The notes beneath the pieces were generated by a model. It was not told the DNA's origin. It saw nothing but the letters and a program-made list of their open reading frames with translations, and made no database searches. 64,000 nucleotides of DNA from Macrostomum lignano (taxonomy: Eukaryota), in assembly GCA_002269645.1 (NCBI GenBank), contig NIVC01001206.1, positions 109,850 to 173,849 on the forward strand. Direction: 5' to 3'. A program made the translations under genes and the position numbers. This document shows, piece after piece, positions 46,838 to 61,212 of the stretch. The first letter of the stretch is position 1. Every line of letters begins with the position of its first letter.

Positions 46838-48180
46838 AGCCAAACGCACAAGAGCCTAGATCGCATCAAACGGCTGTCTCACTACTGTTAAATTGAATTC
46901 TCATAGCCATTTAGTGTCACTCATTGACCGCTATTATTGAGGAGTGGATTAATTAGCAAGCAGTACAACAGTGATTAACCTAACTAGCAAATCAATTAAC
47001 CAAAAAATCAAATTTTCTGACCTGTCAATCAAAATTAAGTCGAATCCATAGCGACCCCTATTTAGCTGGGGGATGAAAATCATTACCAGCAACAATAGCC
47101 GGGCTGCAATTAGCTCTTTTCCAGGAAAGTCAAAGACAATTAGTCCAGAATGGTCGGTCGCTACACTTTTCTTCGCGATAAACAGCAGCCTTGAGAGCCG
47201 TTGTCTGACCTGTCAAGAAAGTTTTTGGCAAATCTCCGGTTCTAATGACCCGGCGGTGCTGCTCCCCTGTCTGCTGCATTTTGTTGCGCACTTTAGAGAA
47301 AAATGGCAAAAGAAGACAGCAGCAGAAAACAGCCGACTGGACACCGAAAGAGGAATTGTTTCCTATGAAATTCCACACTCAACTCTGTAAGGGTCCTAAT
47401 CAGGCGAGAGTTTCGGGTATACAAAATTTTTCTCTGGCCCCAAGAGAAGCACTTTGGCCTCGCCTGTTGGTGGCTGCATTGGTGCACTAGAAACTCGAAT
47501 CTCTGGCCCCTCCATCGCCTTCTGTTTAGGATTAGGAGGACCATGGATTCCTTGGCCCACTGTGTGTGAGGTGGGGGGGGGTGCTGATGGGGTAAACGGA
47601 AAACAGCGCATCCGCAAAAATCTTGGCTTGGCCAACACGACCCCAGTCCCAACCCACCGACCCGCTCTCTGATAACCTCCTGTCAATCAGCATCACCTGT
47701 CAAAGCTGCGCTTCTGGGCACGGGAGGGTTGCATGTCGAGGACTAGTATAAGGGCTATGTTTGGGAGAATTTTCCCCCGCTATCGTGTCAGTGGCAGCGG
47801 GTGCAGAGTGAGAGATGCTTTCAGTCTTGGCTCCCTGTTCCCGGCAGTGCAGCGTGCTTGTGATTGATGGATTGGCCTAAGCATCTCCTGCTGATGGGTT
47901 GCATCACTCAGCTGAATAGGGGAGCGGCCTCAGCATCTCAGGGAGCCCCCGGTTCCACTGCAGCGATTCTCCACTTAACTCACTGGCTTGGCTGCTTCAT
48001 GGCCCACCACTTTACTAAACTGACCTGGTGACAAGGACACTTTCAACTAGAATATGGAGTGGAAACTCTTTGCCAAATAGCTGATGTTCAGTTATTAAAT
48101 GTATCTGTCTATGACAGTGCAGGTCTTTAAACATTTGCACCTCAAAGACTAGACGGACAATTCACCGTATGGCTGCGGGC

Positions 48181-48415
48181 CGGAGGAGGGGAGAGAGGAG
48201 AGGGAATAAAGAAGAGAGAAGAGAGATTGGAGATAGAAGATACGAGGGAATAAAGGAGAAGAGAGGAGACGAAAGGAAAGGAAAGATGAAAAGGGAGTGG
48301 AGAGAGGAGAGGAGGGAGATGCGAGAGAAGAGAGGAGAGAAGGGAGAGGAGAAGGGAGAGAATAGAGAGGAGAGAGGAGAGAAGAGAGAGGAGAGGAGAG
48401 AAATGAGAAATAGAT
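48181..48415. repeat. AG-rich low-complexity tract
   Basis: Polypurine run sharing gagggaataaa with the tract at ~21890. Confidence 0.8.
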
Positions 48416-48909
48416 GATTTTTTTGCGTTCTCAACTTAATATTGCTTAAGTGGGGGCCGAAGTCTGACTTGTGGGGGAGGAGTTTCTATTCCAGTTGCTG
48501 ATTCAAGGAGTCCTTGACCGGGGCTGGCATCTCGCAGGCCGTTAAATCTCCCGCACGTCAGATTGGAGGCGGCAGGCTGGGCGCAGCTTGATGGATGAGA
48601 TTGAAGTTCTCGGGCGCCCCGAAGCGCGCAAAATCGTGAATCTGGAGAGGGACTTGAAAGATAGAGTGAGAGAGGGGATTATCCTGTCATAAACTCCTCA
48701 TCCCATCAATCAGGATTTCTATCTCGTCTACACTTGCGCCATTTCAATTTACGAGTCGATGTTAATTCAAAGTCCTGAGCTCGAATCCAAGGGAGAAAGA
48801 AGTTTTGGAAGCATCGCTCATCATTTTCGAAGGGGATAATACGCTCCTCTATCAGACATTTTGGAGAAAATGGGGTTGGGGAAAAAGTTTTTGGGGAAAA
48901 AATTTAGTG

Positions 48910-49297
48910 GTTGTAGAACTCAGGGGTGTAGAACTCAGGGGTGTAGAACTCAGGGGTGTAGAACTCAGGGGTGTAGAACTCAGGGGTTTAGAACTCAGGG
49001 GTGTAGAACTCAGGGGTGTAGAACTCAGGGGTGTAGAACTCAGGGGTTTAGAACTCAGGGGTTTAGAACTCAGGGGTGTAGAACTCAGGGGTGTAGAACT
49101 CAGGGGTGTAGAACTCAGGGGTGTAGAACTCAGGGTTGTAGAACTCAGGGGTTTAGAACTCAGGGTTGTAGAACTCAGGGGTTTAGAACTCAGGGGTGTA
49201 GAACTCAGGGTTTAGAACTCAGGGTTGTAGAACTCAGGGGTGTAGAACTCAGGGGTTTAGAACTCAGGGGTGTAGAACTCAGGGGTTGTAAAATTCA
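48910..49297. repeat. 15-bp minisatellite (gtagaactcaggggt)
   Basis: About 25 copies; mirrored at ~54275-54648. Confidence 0.95.
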
Positions 49298-49817
49298 GGG
49301 GCTGTAATAGAATTCTTAAATTGTGAAGTCTTATTCAACATTTTAAAAAATTGATTCATTTTATTCGTTTAATTTTCTAAATTCACTACTGACTTCAATT
49401 AGTAAGTAGCACTTAATAGAATGGGGCACAATTAGTTACATTTTGAAAAAATCTGTCGCAAAAATTTACGAATTTGTGAACAGAGTTGCCGGAACACCTC
49501 AAGGTATTAAACAGAATGAGTGCAAACACAAACCCTTAGCTGCCTCAAACACAAAAACTGATTCAACAAGAGTTCGGTTATTTCCTATTTACTTTCTGAG
49601 CGGCTGTCTCCGGCTGACATATAAGACTGGCTGGTCCCGTCAGACCAAATCCGCTTGCAACTCCTTCACTGTCAGAGATACATGTAGAGCGAAATGTTCA
49701 GTCTTTCGAACTGCCGTTTTGTGAAGCTTTTGCTGGCTGTCTTGGTAACAGGCTGGAGCAGTGAAACCGCCTTGGTTCGGGGCGATGAGGTAAGTGCATT
49801 GTTTCCATATGCAAAAT

Positions 49818-50420
49818 AACCTATCCCACACAACCTATCCCACACAACCTATCCCACACAACCTATCCCACACAACCTATCCCACACAACCTATCCCACA
49901 CAACCTATCCCACACAACCTATCCCACACAACCTATCCCACACAACCTATCCCACACAACCTATCCCACACAACCTATCCCACACAACCTATCCCACACA
50001 ACCTATCCCACACAAACTATCCCACACAACCTATCCCACACAACCTATCCCACACAACCTATCCCACACAACCTATCCCACACAACCTATCCCACACAAC
50101 CTATCCCACACAACCTATCCCACACAACCTATCCCACACAACCTATCCCACACAACCTATCCCACACAACCTATCCCACACAACCTATCCCACACAACCT
50201 ATCCCACACAACCTATCCCACACAACCTATCCCACACAACCTATCCCACACAACCTATCCCACACAACCTATCCCACACAACCTATCCCACACAACCTAT
50301 CCCACACAACCTATCCCACACAACCTATCCCACACCCAATATCCCACACCCAATATCCCAAACCCAATATCCCACACCCAATATCCCACACCCAATATCC
50401 CACACCCAATATCCCAAACC
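49818..50420. repeat. 14-bp minisatellite (acctatcccacaca)
   Basis: About 42 copies; mirrored, with many single-base deletions, at ~53140-53745. Confidence 0.96.
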
Positions 50421-50919
50421 CATCGTTTCCAGCATATTTGGGTGGCACAAATAGACGGAGGCAGCCCAGTGGCTCAGTGGGTGGCGGACTCGCTCGGTTT
50501 AATTAACGAAGGAAAGGTGAGTCATTGATAACAAATCTGAGACACCTGACCGATAGAAAAATCTAATCGTTTATCGAGTTCTCCTACCCACTTAAATGCA
50601 ATTATGCAGATCCCCTACCTGAGGAACAAATTTATTTTCCGCTTGTCCGAGTCCGGCAACCAAAGCGTTGGGAGAAATTTCCTGCTGGCTCCGCTGCAGC
50701 TCAGGATTAACCGCAGCCTGCACACGCATCCGGATGTTGCTTGGGTCTCCTACCAGTCTGCTACTAAAAGGACTAAGAGAGACTTGCTGAAGCTGAGCGA
50801 GGTGAGGTCAGCTGATATGAGATGAGGGAAATCCGAAAAGTTCTGAAACCCACACGCAGGACCTTTAAAAATGCAGCAATTTAATCATGTTTTGATAATC
50901 ATAACACCTTTTCGAGATG

Positions 50920-51794
50920 CCATTTCAATGACGCCATTCCAATAACACCATTTTAATGACTACATTCCAATGACCCCATTCCAATGACCACATTTCCATG
51001 ACCCCATTTCAATGACCCCATTCCAATGACGACATTTCTATGACCCCATTTCAATGACCCCATTCCAATGACCACATTTCTATGACCCCATTTGAATGAC
51101 CCCCTTCCAATGACCACATTTCTATGACCCCATTTGAATGACCCCATTCCAATGACCACATTTCTATGACCCCATTTGAATGACCCCCTTCCAATGACCA
51201 CATTTCTATGACCCCATTTGAATGACCCCATTCCAATGATCCCATTCAATGATCCCATTCCAATGACCCCATTCAATAACCCCATTTTATGACCCCATTC
51301 CAATGACGACATTTCTATGACCCCATTCCAATGACCACATTTCCATGACCCCATTTCAATGACCCCATTCCAATGACGACATTTCTATGACCCATTCAAT
51401 GACCCCATTCCAATGACCACATTTCTATGACCCCATTTGAATGACCCCCTTCCAATGACCACATTTCTATGACCCCATTTGAATGACCCCATTCCAATGA
51501 CCACATTTCTATGACCCCATTTGAATGACCCCCTTCAATGACCACATTTCTATGACCCCATTTGAATGACCCCATTCCAATGATCCCATTCCAATGATCC
51601 CATTCCAATGACCCCATTCCAATGACCCCATTTCCAACGACCCCATTCCAATGATCCCATTCCAATGATTCCCATTCCAATGATCCCATTCCAATGACCC
51701 ATTCCAATGACCCCATTCCAATGACCCCATTCCAATGACCCCATTCCAATGATCCCATTCCAATGACCCCATTCAATCGACCCCAAAATCAATC
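50920..51794. repeat. ATTCC-containing ~14-bp satellite (caatgaccccattc) at the apex of the inverted duplication
   Basis: Array runs into the gap and resumes in the opposite orientation at 52507-52650. Confidence 0.92.
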
Positions 51795-52506
51795 NNNNNN
51801 NNNNNNNNNNNNNNNNNNNNNNNNNNNNNNNNNNNNNNNNNNNNNNNNNNNNNNNNNNNNNNNNNNNNNNNNNNNNNNNNNNNNNNNNNNNNNNNNNNNN
51901 NNNNNNNNNNNNNNNNNNNNNNNNNNNNNNNNNNNNNNNNNNNNNNNNNNNNNNNNNNNNNNNNNNNNNNNNNNNNNNNNNNNNNNNNNNNNNNNNNNNN
52001 NNNNNNNNNNNNNNNNNNNNNNNNNNNNNNNNNNNNNNNNNNNNNNNNNNNNNNNNNNNNNNNNNNNNNNNNNNNNNNNNNNNNNNNNNNNNNNNNNNNN
52101 NNNNNNNNNNNNNNNNNNNNNNNNNNNNNNNNNNNNNNNNNNNNNNNNNNNNNNNNNNNNNNNNNNNNNNNNNNNNNNNNNNNNNNNNNNNNNNNNNNNN
52201 NNNNNNNNNNNNNNNNNNNNNNNNNNNNNNNNNNNNNNNNNNNNNNNNNNNNNNNNNNNNNNNNNNNNNNNNNNNNNNNNNNNNNNNNNNNNNNNNNNNN
52301 NNNNNNNNNNNNNNNNNNNNNNNNNNNNNNNNNNNNNNNNNNNNNNNNNNNNNNNNNNNNNNNNNNNNNNNNNNNNNNNNNNNNNNNNNNNNNNNNNNNN
52401 NNNNNNNNNNNNNNNNNNNNNNNNNNNNNNNNNNNNNNNNNNNNNNNNNNNNNNNNNNNNNNNNNNNNNNNNNNNNNNNNNNNNNNNNNNNNNNNNNNNN
52501 NNNNNN
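51795..52506. other. Assembly gap (712 N)
   Basis: Run of N. Confidence 1.
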
Positions 52507-55500
52507 ATGGGGTCATTGAAATGGGGTCATAGAAATGTCGTCATTGGAATGGGGTCATTGAAATGGTCATGGAAATGTGGTCATTGGAATGGGGTCATTG
52601 GAATGTAGTCATTAAATGGTGTTATTGGAATGGCGTCATTGAAATGGCATCTCGAAAAGGTGTTATGATTATCAAAACATGATTAAATTGCTGCATTTTT
52701 AAAGGTCCTGCGTGTGGGTTTCAGAACTTTTCGGATTTCCCTCATCTCATATCAGCTGACCTCACCTCGCTCAGCTTCAGCAAGTCTCTCTTAGTCCTTT
52801 TAGTAGCAGACTGGTAGGAGACCCAAGCAACATCCGGATGCGTGTGCAGGCTGCGGTTAATCCTGAGCTGCAGCGGAGCCAGCAGAAATTTCTCCAACGC
52901 TTTGGTTGCCGGACTCGGACAAGCGGAAAATAAATTTGTTCCTCAGGTAGGGGATCTGCATAATTGCATTTAAGTGGGTAGGAGAACTCGATAAACGATT
53001 AGATTTTCTATCGGTCAGGTGTCTCAGATTTGTTATCAATGACTCACCTTTCCTTCGTTAATTAAACGAGCGAGTCCGCCACCCACTGAGCCACTGGGCT
53101 GCCTCCGTCTATTTGTGCCACCCAAATATGCTGGAAACGATGGGGTTTGGGATATTGGGTGTGGGATATTGGGTGTGGATATTGGCGTGTGGGATATTGG
53201 TTTGGGATATTGGGTGTGGGATATTGGGTGTGGATAGGTTGTGTGGGATAGTGTTGTGTGGGATAGGTTGTGTGGGATAGGTTGCTGTGGGATAGGTTGT
53301 GTGGGATAGGTTGTGTGGGATAGGTTGTGTGGGATAGGTTGTGTGGGATAGGTTGTGTGGGATAGGTTGTGTGGGATAGGTTGTGTGGGATAGGTTGTGT
53401 GGGATAGGTTGTGTGTGGATAGGTTGTGTGGGATAGGTTGTGTGGGATAGGTTGTGTGGGATAGGTTTGTGTGGATAGGTTGTGTGGGATAGCGTTGTGT
53501 GGGATAGGTTGTGTGGGATAGGTTGTGTGGGGATAGGTTGTGTGGGATAGGTTGTGTGGATAGGTTGTGTGGATAGGTTGTGTGGATAGGTTGTGTGGGA
53601 TAGGTTGTTGGGATAGTGTTGTGTGGATAGGTTGTGTGGGATAGGTTGTGTGGGATAGGTTGTGTGGGATAGGTTGTGTGGGATAGGTTGTGTGGATAGG
53701 TTGTGTTGGATAGGTTGTGTGGGATAGGTGTGTTGGTGATAGGTTATTTTGCATATGGAAACAATGCACTTACCTCATCGCCCCGAACCAAGCGCGGTTT
53801 CACTGCTCCAGCCTGTTACCAAGACAGCCAGCAAAAGCTTCACAAAACGGCAGTTCGAAAGACTGAACATTTCGCTCTACATGTATCTCTGACAGTGAAG
53901 GAGTTGCAAGCGGATTTGGTCTGACGGGACCAGCCAGTCTTATATGTCAGCCGGAGACAGCCGCTCAGAAAGTAAATAGGAAATAACCGAACTCTTGTTG
54001 AATCAGTTTTTGTGTTTGAGGCAGCTAAGGGTTTGTGTTTGCACTCATTCTGTTTAATACCTTGAGGTGTTCCGGCAACTCTGTTCACAAATTCGTAAAT
54101 TTTTGCGACAGATTTTTTCAAAATGTAACTAATTGTGCCCCATTCTATTAAGTGCTACTTACTAATTGAAGTCAGTAGTGAATTTAGAAAATTAACGAAT
54201 AAAATGAATCAATTTTTTAAAATGTTGAATAAGACTTCACAATTTAAGAATTCTATTACAGCCCTGAATTTTACAACCCCTGAGTTCTACACCCTGAGTT
54301 CTAAACCCCTGAGTTCTACACCCCTGAGTTCTACAACCCTGAGTTCTAAACCCTGAGTTCTACACCCCTGAGTTCTAAACCCCTGAGTTCTACAACCCTG
54401 AGTTCTAAACCCCTGAGTTCTACAACCCTGAGTTCTACACCCCTGAGTTCTACACCCTGAGTTCTACACCCCTGAGTTCTACACCCCTGAGTTCTAAACC
54501 CCTGAGTTCTAAACCCCTGAGTTCTACACCCCTGAGTTCTACACCCCTGAGTTCTACACCCCTGAGTTCTAAACCCCTGAGTTCTACACCCTGAGTTCTA
54601 CACCCCTGAGTTCTACACCCCTGAGTTCTACACCCCTGAGTTCTACAACCACTAAATTTTTTCCCCAAAAACTTTTTCCCCAACCCCATTTTCTCCAAAA
54701 TGTCTGATAGAGGAGCGTATTATCCCCTTCGAAAATGATGAGCGATGCTTCCAAAACTTTCTTTCTCCTTGGATTCGAGCTCAGGACTTTGAATTAACAT
54801 CGACTCGTAAATTGAAATGGCGCAAGTGTAGACGAGATAGAAATCCTGATTGATGGGATGAGGAGTTTATGACAGGATAATCCCCTCTCTCACTCTATCT
54901 TTCAAGTCCCTCTCCAGATTCACGATTTTGCGCGCTTCGGGGCGCCCGAGAACTTCAATCTCATCCATCAAGCTGCGCCCAGCCTGCCGCCTCCAATCTG
55001 ACGTGCGGGAGATTTAACGGCCTGCGAGATGCCAGCCCCGGTCAAGGACTCCTTGAATCAGCAACTGGAATAGAAACTCCTCCCCCACAAGTCAGACTTC
55101 GGCCCCCACTTAAGCAATATTAAGTTGAGAACGCAAAAAAATCATCTATTTCTCATTTCTCTCCTCTCCTCTCTCTTCTCTCCTCTCTCCTCTCTATTCT
55201 CTCCCTTCTCCTCTCCCTTCTCTCCTCTCTTCTCTCGCATCTCCCTCCTCTCCTCTCTCCACTCCCTTTTCATCTTTCCTTTCCTTTCGTCTCCTCTCTT
55301 CTCCTTTATTCCCTCGTATCTTCTATCTCCAATCTCTCTTCTCTCTTCTTTATTCCCTCTCCTCTCTCCCCTCCTCCGGCCCGCAGCCATACGGTGAATT
55401 GTCCGTCTAGTCTTTGAGGTGCAAATGTTTAAAGACCTGCACTGTCATAGACAGATACATTTAATAACTGAACATCAGCTATTTGGCAAAGAGTTTCCAC

Positions 55501-56721
55501 TCCATATTCTAGTTGAAAGTGTCCTTGTCACCAGGTCAGTTTAGTAAAGTGGTGGGCCATGAAGCAGCCAAGCCAGTGAGTTAAGTGGAGAATCGCTGCA
55601 GTGGAACCGGCGGGCTCCCTGAGATGCTGAGGCCGCTCCCCTATTCAGCTGAGTGATGCAACCATCAGCAGGAGATGCTTAGGCCAATCCATCAATCACA
55701 AGCACGCTGCACTGCCGGGAACAGGGAGCCAAGACTGAAAGCATCTCTCACTCTGCACCGCTGCCACTGACACGATAGCGGGGGAAAATTCTCCCAAACA
55801 TAGCCCTTATACTAGTCCTCGACATGCAACCCTCCCGTGCCCAGAAGCGCAGCTTTGACAGGTGATGCTGATTGACAGGAGGTTATCAGAGAGCGGGTCG
55901 GTGGGTTGGGACTGGGGTCGTGTTGGCCAAGCCAAGATTTTTGCGGATGCGCTGTTTTCCGTTTTACCCCATCAGCACCCCCCCCCCACCTCACACACAG
56001 TGGGCCAAGGAATCCATGGTCCTCCTAATCCTAAACAGAAGGCGATGGAGGGGCCAGAGATTCGAGTTTCTAGTGCACCAATGCAGCCACCAACAGGCGA
56101 GGCCAAAGTGCTTCTCTTGGGGCCAGAGAAAAATTTTGTATACCCGAAACTCTCGCCTGATTAGGACCCTTACAGAGTTGAGTGTGGAATTTCATAGGAA
56201 ACAATTCCTCTTTCGGTGTCCAGTCGGCTGTTTTCTGCTGCTGTCTTCTTTTGCCATTTTTCTCTAAAGTGCGCAACAAAATGCAGCAGACAGGGGAGCA
56301 GCACCGCCGGGTCATTAGAACGGAGATTTGCCAAAAACTTTCTTGACAGGTCAGACAACGGCTCTCAAGGCTGCTGTTTATCGCGAAGAAAAGTGTAGCG
56401 ACCGACCATTCTGGACTAATTGTCTTTGACTTTCCTGGAAAAGAGCTAATTGCAGCCCGGCTATTGTTGCTGGTAATGATTTTCATCCCCCAGCTAAATA
56501 GGGGTCGCTATGGATTCGACTTAATTTTGATTGACAGGTCAGAAAATTTGATTTTTTGGTTAATTGATTTGCTAGTTAGGTTAATCACTGTTGTACTGCT
56601 TGCTAATTAATCCACTCCTCAATAATAGCGGTCAATGAGTGACACTAAATGGCTATGAGAATTCAATTTAACAGTAGTGAGACAGCCGTTTGATGCGATC
56701 TAGGCTCTTGTGCGTTTGGCT

Positions 56722-57017
56722 CAGGATCGGCAAGTTTATTCTTTAATTTTTTGGAGCAGGTAAAGAACCTAGCGAATGAGAAGAGAGCTGAGAAGAGAGC
56801 TGAGAAGAGAGCTGAGAAGAGAGCTGAGAAGAGAGCTGAGAAGAGAGCTGAGAAGAGAGCTGAGAAGAGAGCTGAGAAGAGAGCTGAGAGAGAGCTGAGA
56901 AGAGAGCTGAGAAGAGACGCAAACCTTGAGCGGGCCGGATTGCTATGGGAAGTTTCAAAGGATCCGAGGGCCGGCTAGAGAGCATGTGGCCCGCGGGCCG
57001 GAGTGTGCCAACCCCTG
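56722..57017 (-). mobile_element. Mirror copy of the hAT-like MITE at 46546-46837
   Basis: Reverse complement of the left-arm element. Confidence 0.55.
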
Positions 57018-57242
57018 ATTCAGATAGATAAGAACAGTGTGGTCAATGCCGGGCCAATTACCGCATAGGAAAGCTCTGATTGGCTGAGAGTTCGCCCCCC
57101 CCTGTCCACTTCAGTACCGGCTTTCAATGTCTTCCACAGATAAACCACTGGCCCAGTCAAGCCGTCACTTCTCTCTGGTCTGGGTGAGATCTCTTCGATT
57201 CAGAAGATTCCAATTAGCAATCTCTAGACAGGGACAACCGCG

Positions 57243-59801
57243 ATGAAGTCGCAGGAGTCTGACTCGGCCGATACAGACGGATCGGAGGCTGCATCGGCGA
57301 CGAGATCAACAGACTCGAATGTCTGGCGAATCCGCCGAATCAACTTCGTGATTGGCATTGCGGTGCTCTGCTGGATCGTGGCGGCTTGTCCGTATGCGGA
57401 TGGGTGAGTAGAATTTAGGGAGAGTTAAAATAGAATTTGGGAAGAGTTTGAGAATGTAGGGATAATGGCATAATACATATATATTTACAATGTAGGGTAA
57501 ATTTTATAGTGCTTTGGAAGTAGATCTGAGTATAGGGATTAACGGTATTGGGTAGAACAGAGCTTAAACTTACTTAAGAATCAGACAAAATCTTCCCAAA
57601 CTCCGGAATTCGCAGAAGCATATTCAGCTACAAAAGCTCCGGCAGGCGAGACCCGGCAAGCAGCGGCAGCGACGGCGTCGGTAGCGACTCCGACAGCGAC
57701 CGATTCAATGCGCAAACTTTTCTCCACTTTCTCACGACAAGTCGGGAGGCCATGTGCGGCATTGTCGGCGGTGTCGGCGGTGTCGGCGGTGTTGGCGGTG
57801 TTGGCGGCGGTGTCGGCGGTGTCGGCGGTGTTGGCGGTGTCGGTGGTGTCGGCGGTGTCGGTGGTGTCGGCAGGGTCAGTGGCGATGTCGGCGATGTTGG
57901 AAGTGGTATCAGTGTTGTCGGCGGCGGCAGCGGCGGCGAGCTGTCGGTGCCGGGCAGTCGCCAGGCGGCCTACTGTCGCGAGGCCAGCCTATCAGACCAG
58001 TTTGTGCACATCGGCCTGTCCAATGGCTACAAAATCTGTCAATCGATGTTTCGCAACGAGCGCTGGAATTGCACTTTTGCTGCGCCGTTTCTTAACTCGG
58101 GTGAGCTGGTGTGAACCATAAGCCAATGGTAAACAATAGTCAATTAGCAACCACAAGGAACCATTGGAAGCCACAGGAAACCATTGGCAACCACAGAAAA
58201 TCATTGGCAACCACAGGAAACCATTGGAAACCACAGAAAGCCATTGAAAACCACAGGAAACCATTGGAAACCACAGAAAGCCATTGAAAACTACAAGAAA
58301 CCATTGGAAACCACAGAAAGCCATTGAAAACCACAGGAAACCATCGAAAACCACAGGAAACCATTGGCAAATACAAGCAACCATAGGCCTAAAATTTCGA
58401 AAAATGAGCGCATAATTGCTATTCCAACTCCTCCTCAGGATATCCGCAGGCGGCCTTTGTATGGGCCATCTCGGTCAGCAAAGCCATCGAGGAGCTGGTC
58501 ATGGCCTGTCGCCGCGGCGTCCCCGGCCTCAACTGTCCGTGCCACCAGACGCCCCGTCAGCGAGTCGGCCGAAGAAACAAAGACCAACAGCGCCAGAATC
58601 GACGCAAGAATCGGCGCAAAAACCGGCGCCAGAATCGACGCCGCCGACCGAACGATCGTCGAGAGCGACCGCGTCGAAGCATCGCGCTGGGCAAAGAGCA
58701 GCTGAAGATGCTGAACCCGGAGAAGATCAGCGAGAAGTACGGTAACCTGAATGTGCCCACCTGTGACGACAACATCGCGCTGGCCAGCCAGAGGGTTCGA
58801 CAGTTCTTCAGCGACTCGCGCGGATTCGCGCCGGACATGAATTTTATCGAGAAAGTCAACTTTCACAACAGACGGGCGGGTCACATTGTGAGTTGCGCTC
58901 GTTCAAAGATTACTCAACCAGCCAGCCAGCACAAGGGGGGGGGGCAAAAACTAACGGAAGAACAATTACTAAGGGGAAAGGGAAATAGGGCTAAGGGAAA
59001 GCAAGCTTGGTACGATACCCACTTCCCACCCTGACGTTCCAAAAGTACGTACATGTATCTATGCACTTTCAAGACTGCTTGCGTTGCCGCAAGCAGATTA
59101 TAGATTGTAGATTATAGCTAACAAACACACTAAAGTGCACAACTTTGAAGGCTTAATAAACGCCAGAAAAGGGACCTGAGCACCTAAGCACACGCACCAA
59201 TCTGCAGGTGGTTAAGCGCAGTCGCATCAGCATCTGCAACTGTCTGGGCATCTCCGGCTCCTGCTCCAAGCGAATTTGCATCAAAGGCCTTCGCCGACAT
59301 TCGCGCCGCATCGAGAGCAACCTGCAGAAGCTATTCGTCAAATCCAAGCACGTCCTGCCGCCGGCTGTCATTCAGCAGCTTCTGTCGCCGTCGGTCTCGA
59401 CTTCGTCCACCGGAGCAGCATCCTCGACAGACAAGCGTCGGATCGGCCGGCGTCGCATGGCGTCGCAGCTTTTCTACCACGACGAGCGGCAGCGTCGAGT
59501 AAAACGGGTGCGCAAGAAGCTGCTGGTGTACACCAACCAGCCGCCGGACTTCTGCCAGCGCAACGAGCTGGCCGGCTACTACGGAGTTGACGAGCGGCTC
59601 TGCAACGTGACTGTGCCGCGCAGCAATCACAGGTCGTGCACTCACCTGTGCTGCGGCAACCGGAATCACCGGGTTGAGTATCACTACAAGACCGACTGGT
59701 GCAATTGCGCAATGCGCTACAATCCAATCAAGGTGGTCTGCCAGCGATGCGAACAGCAAATCGAGCTGCACAGATGCCTCGTGCGCCGCGTGTTCTCGTA
59801 G
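57243..59801 (+). CDS. wnt: Divergent Wnt-family ligand, right-arm copy. Exons 57243-57403, 57616-58100, 58439-58887, 59208-59801
   Basis: Same motifs and exon lengths (161, 485, 449, 594 nt) as the left copy; one Val/Ile difference seen in exon 1. Confidence 0.93.
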
Positions 59802-60807
59802 GGACCACCGACACAGCCTCCCCAGATCCCAGATCCCGCCTCTCTCATCGCCTCAGTTCGAATTCTACCGGCATCTTAGCGCGCGGTGTTTCCCTTAGAT
59901 ACGATTTTGCAAACCCCGATTATCGACGCTTTTTCGGTAGATTTCCCCTCGAGTTAAAGCTTTGCTAGACCTGCTCCCGTTCTTGCCTTGCGCACAAGCC
60001 TAGCGAGTGTTGCTATAGGTGTTTAGCTGTAGGTTCGTATCCATGGGAACATTCTTTGCCCTTGAATTTGCTTACGCTCACTGTAACTTGTCTGTCTACA
60101 GCTCGTCATAAAACGTCATCCGTGATTCGAATTGCCCCCCCCCCGAACTTCATGATCTCATTATGGCTACTGATGGGCAATTTTGGGCCCGTTCCATTGT
60201 TAACTGCTTGTCTACCTCATCCACTTACCTAATTCAGAACTGTTAGTATGCTGTAAATACAGAATGACAGACTGTTTAAGACAGCCTCTATATCTATCTA
60301 TCCTGAACGCAAACATTTTGAAGTAACTTGTGAATGCATGCTTAACAGCGGCACTGCAATGCCGTGTGGGACTTTTTTGTACCTAAAATAGCGGGACAGC
60401 CGCAAAATGTTCAGCCTCTATAAGTCAACCGCTGCAGCTGAAACTGTACTTGCTTTTATTGTACTGGCAGTGCTGCTAGATATTTCGGGGCCACTGTACA
60501 TGTGTACAAAGCACGTCTGTGTGTTGCAAAGCGCATGGCCCTCCAACTTTTCGCTCTTGATAATATGCTGCTGCCATTGCTCTTGACTCTATTCAATAAA
60601 GCCGCACCGAACTCTGCTGGGCGAATATCTTTGCCCAATATGGCCTCGAAATGGCCATTGCTTTTGCTATACACTCTACACTTCGGATAACTGCTAATAC
60701 ACTGCTGCCTTTTGCCTATCTACCTACCTACCTACCTACCTACCTACCTACCTACCTACCTACCTACCTACCTACCTACCTACCTACCTACCTACCTACC
60801 TACCTAC

Positions 60808-61000
<193 letters not shown>

Positions 61001-61001
61001 G

Positions 61002-61070
<69 letters not shown>

Positions 61071-61074
61071 CATG

Positions 61075-61212
<138 letters not shown>

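Noticed and set aside
51763-52608. ORFs spanning X residues
   Set aside because: Artefacts of translating through the N gap
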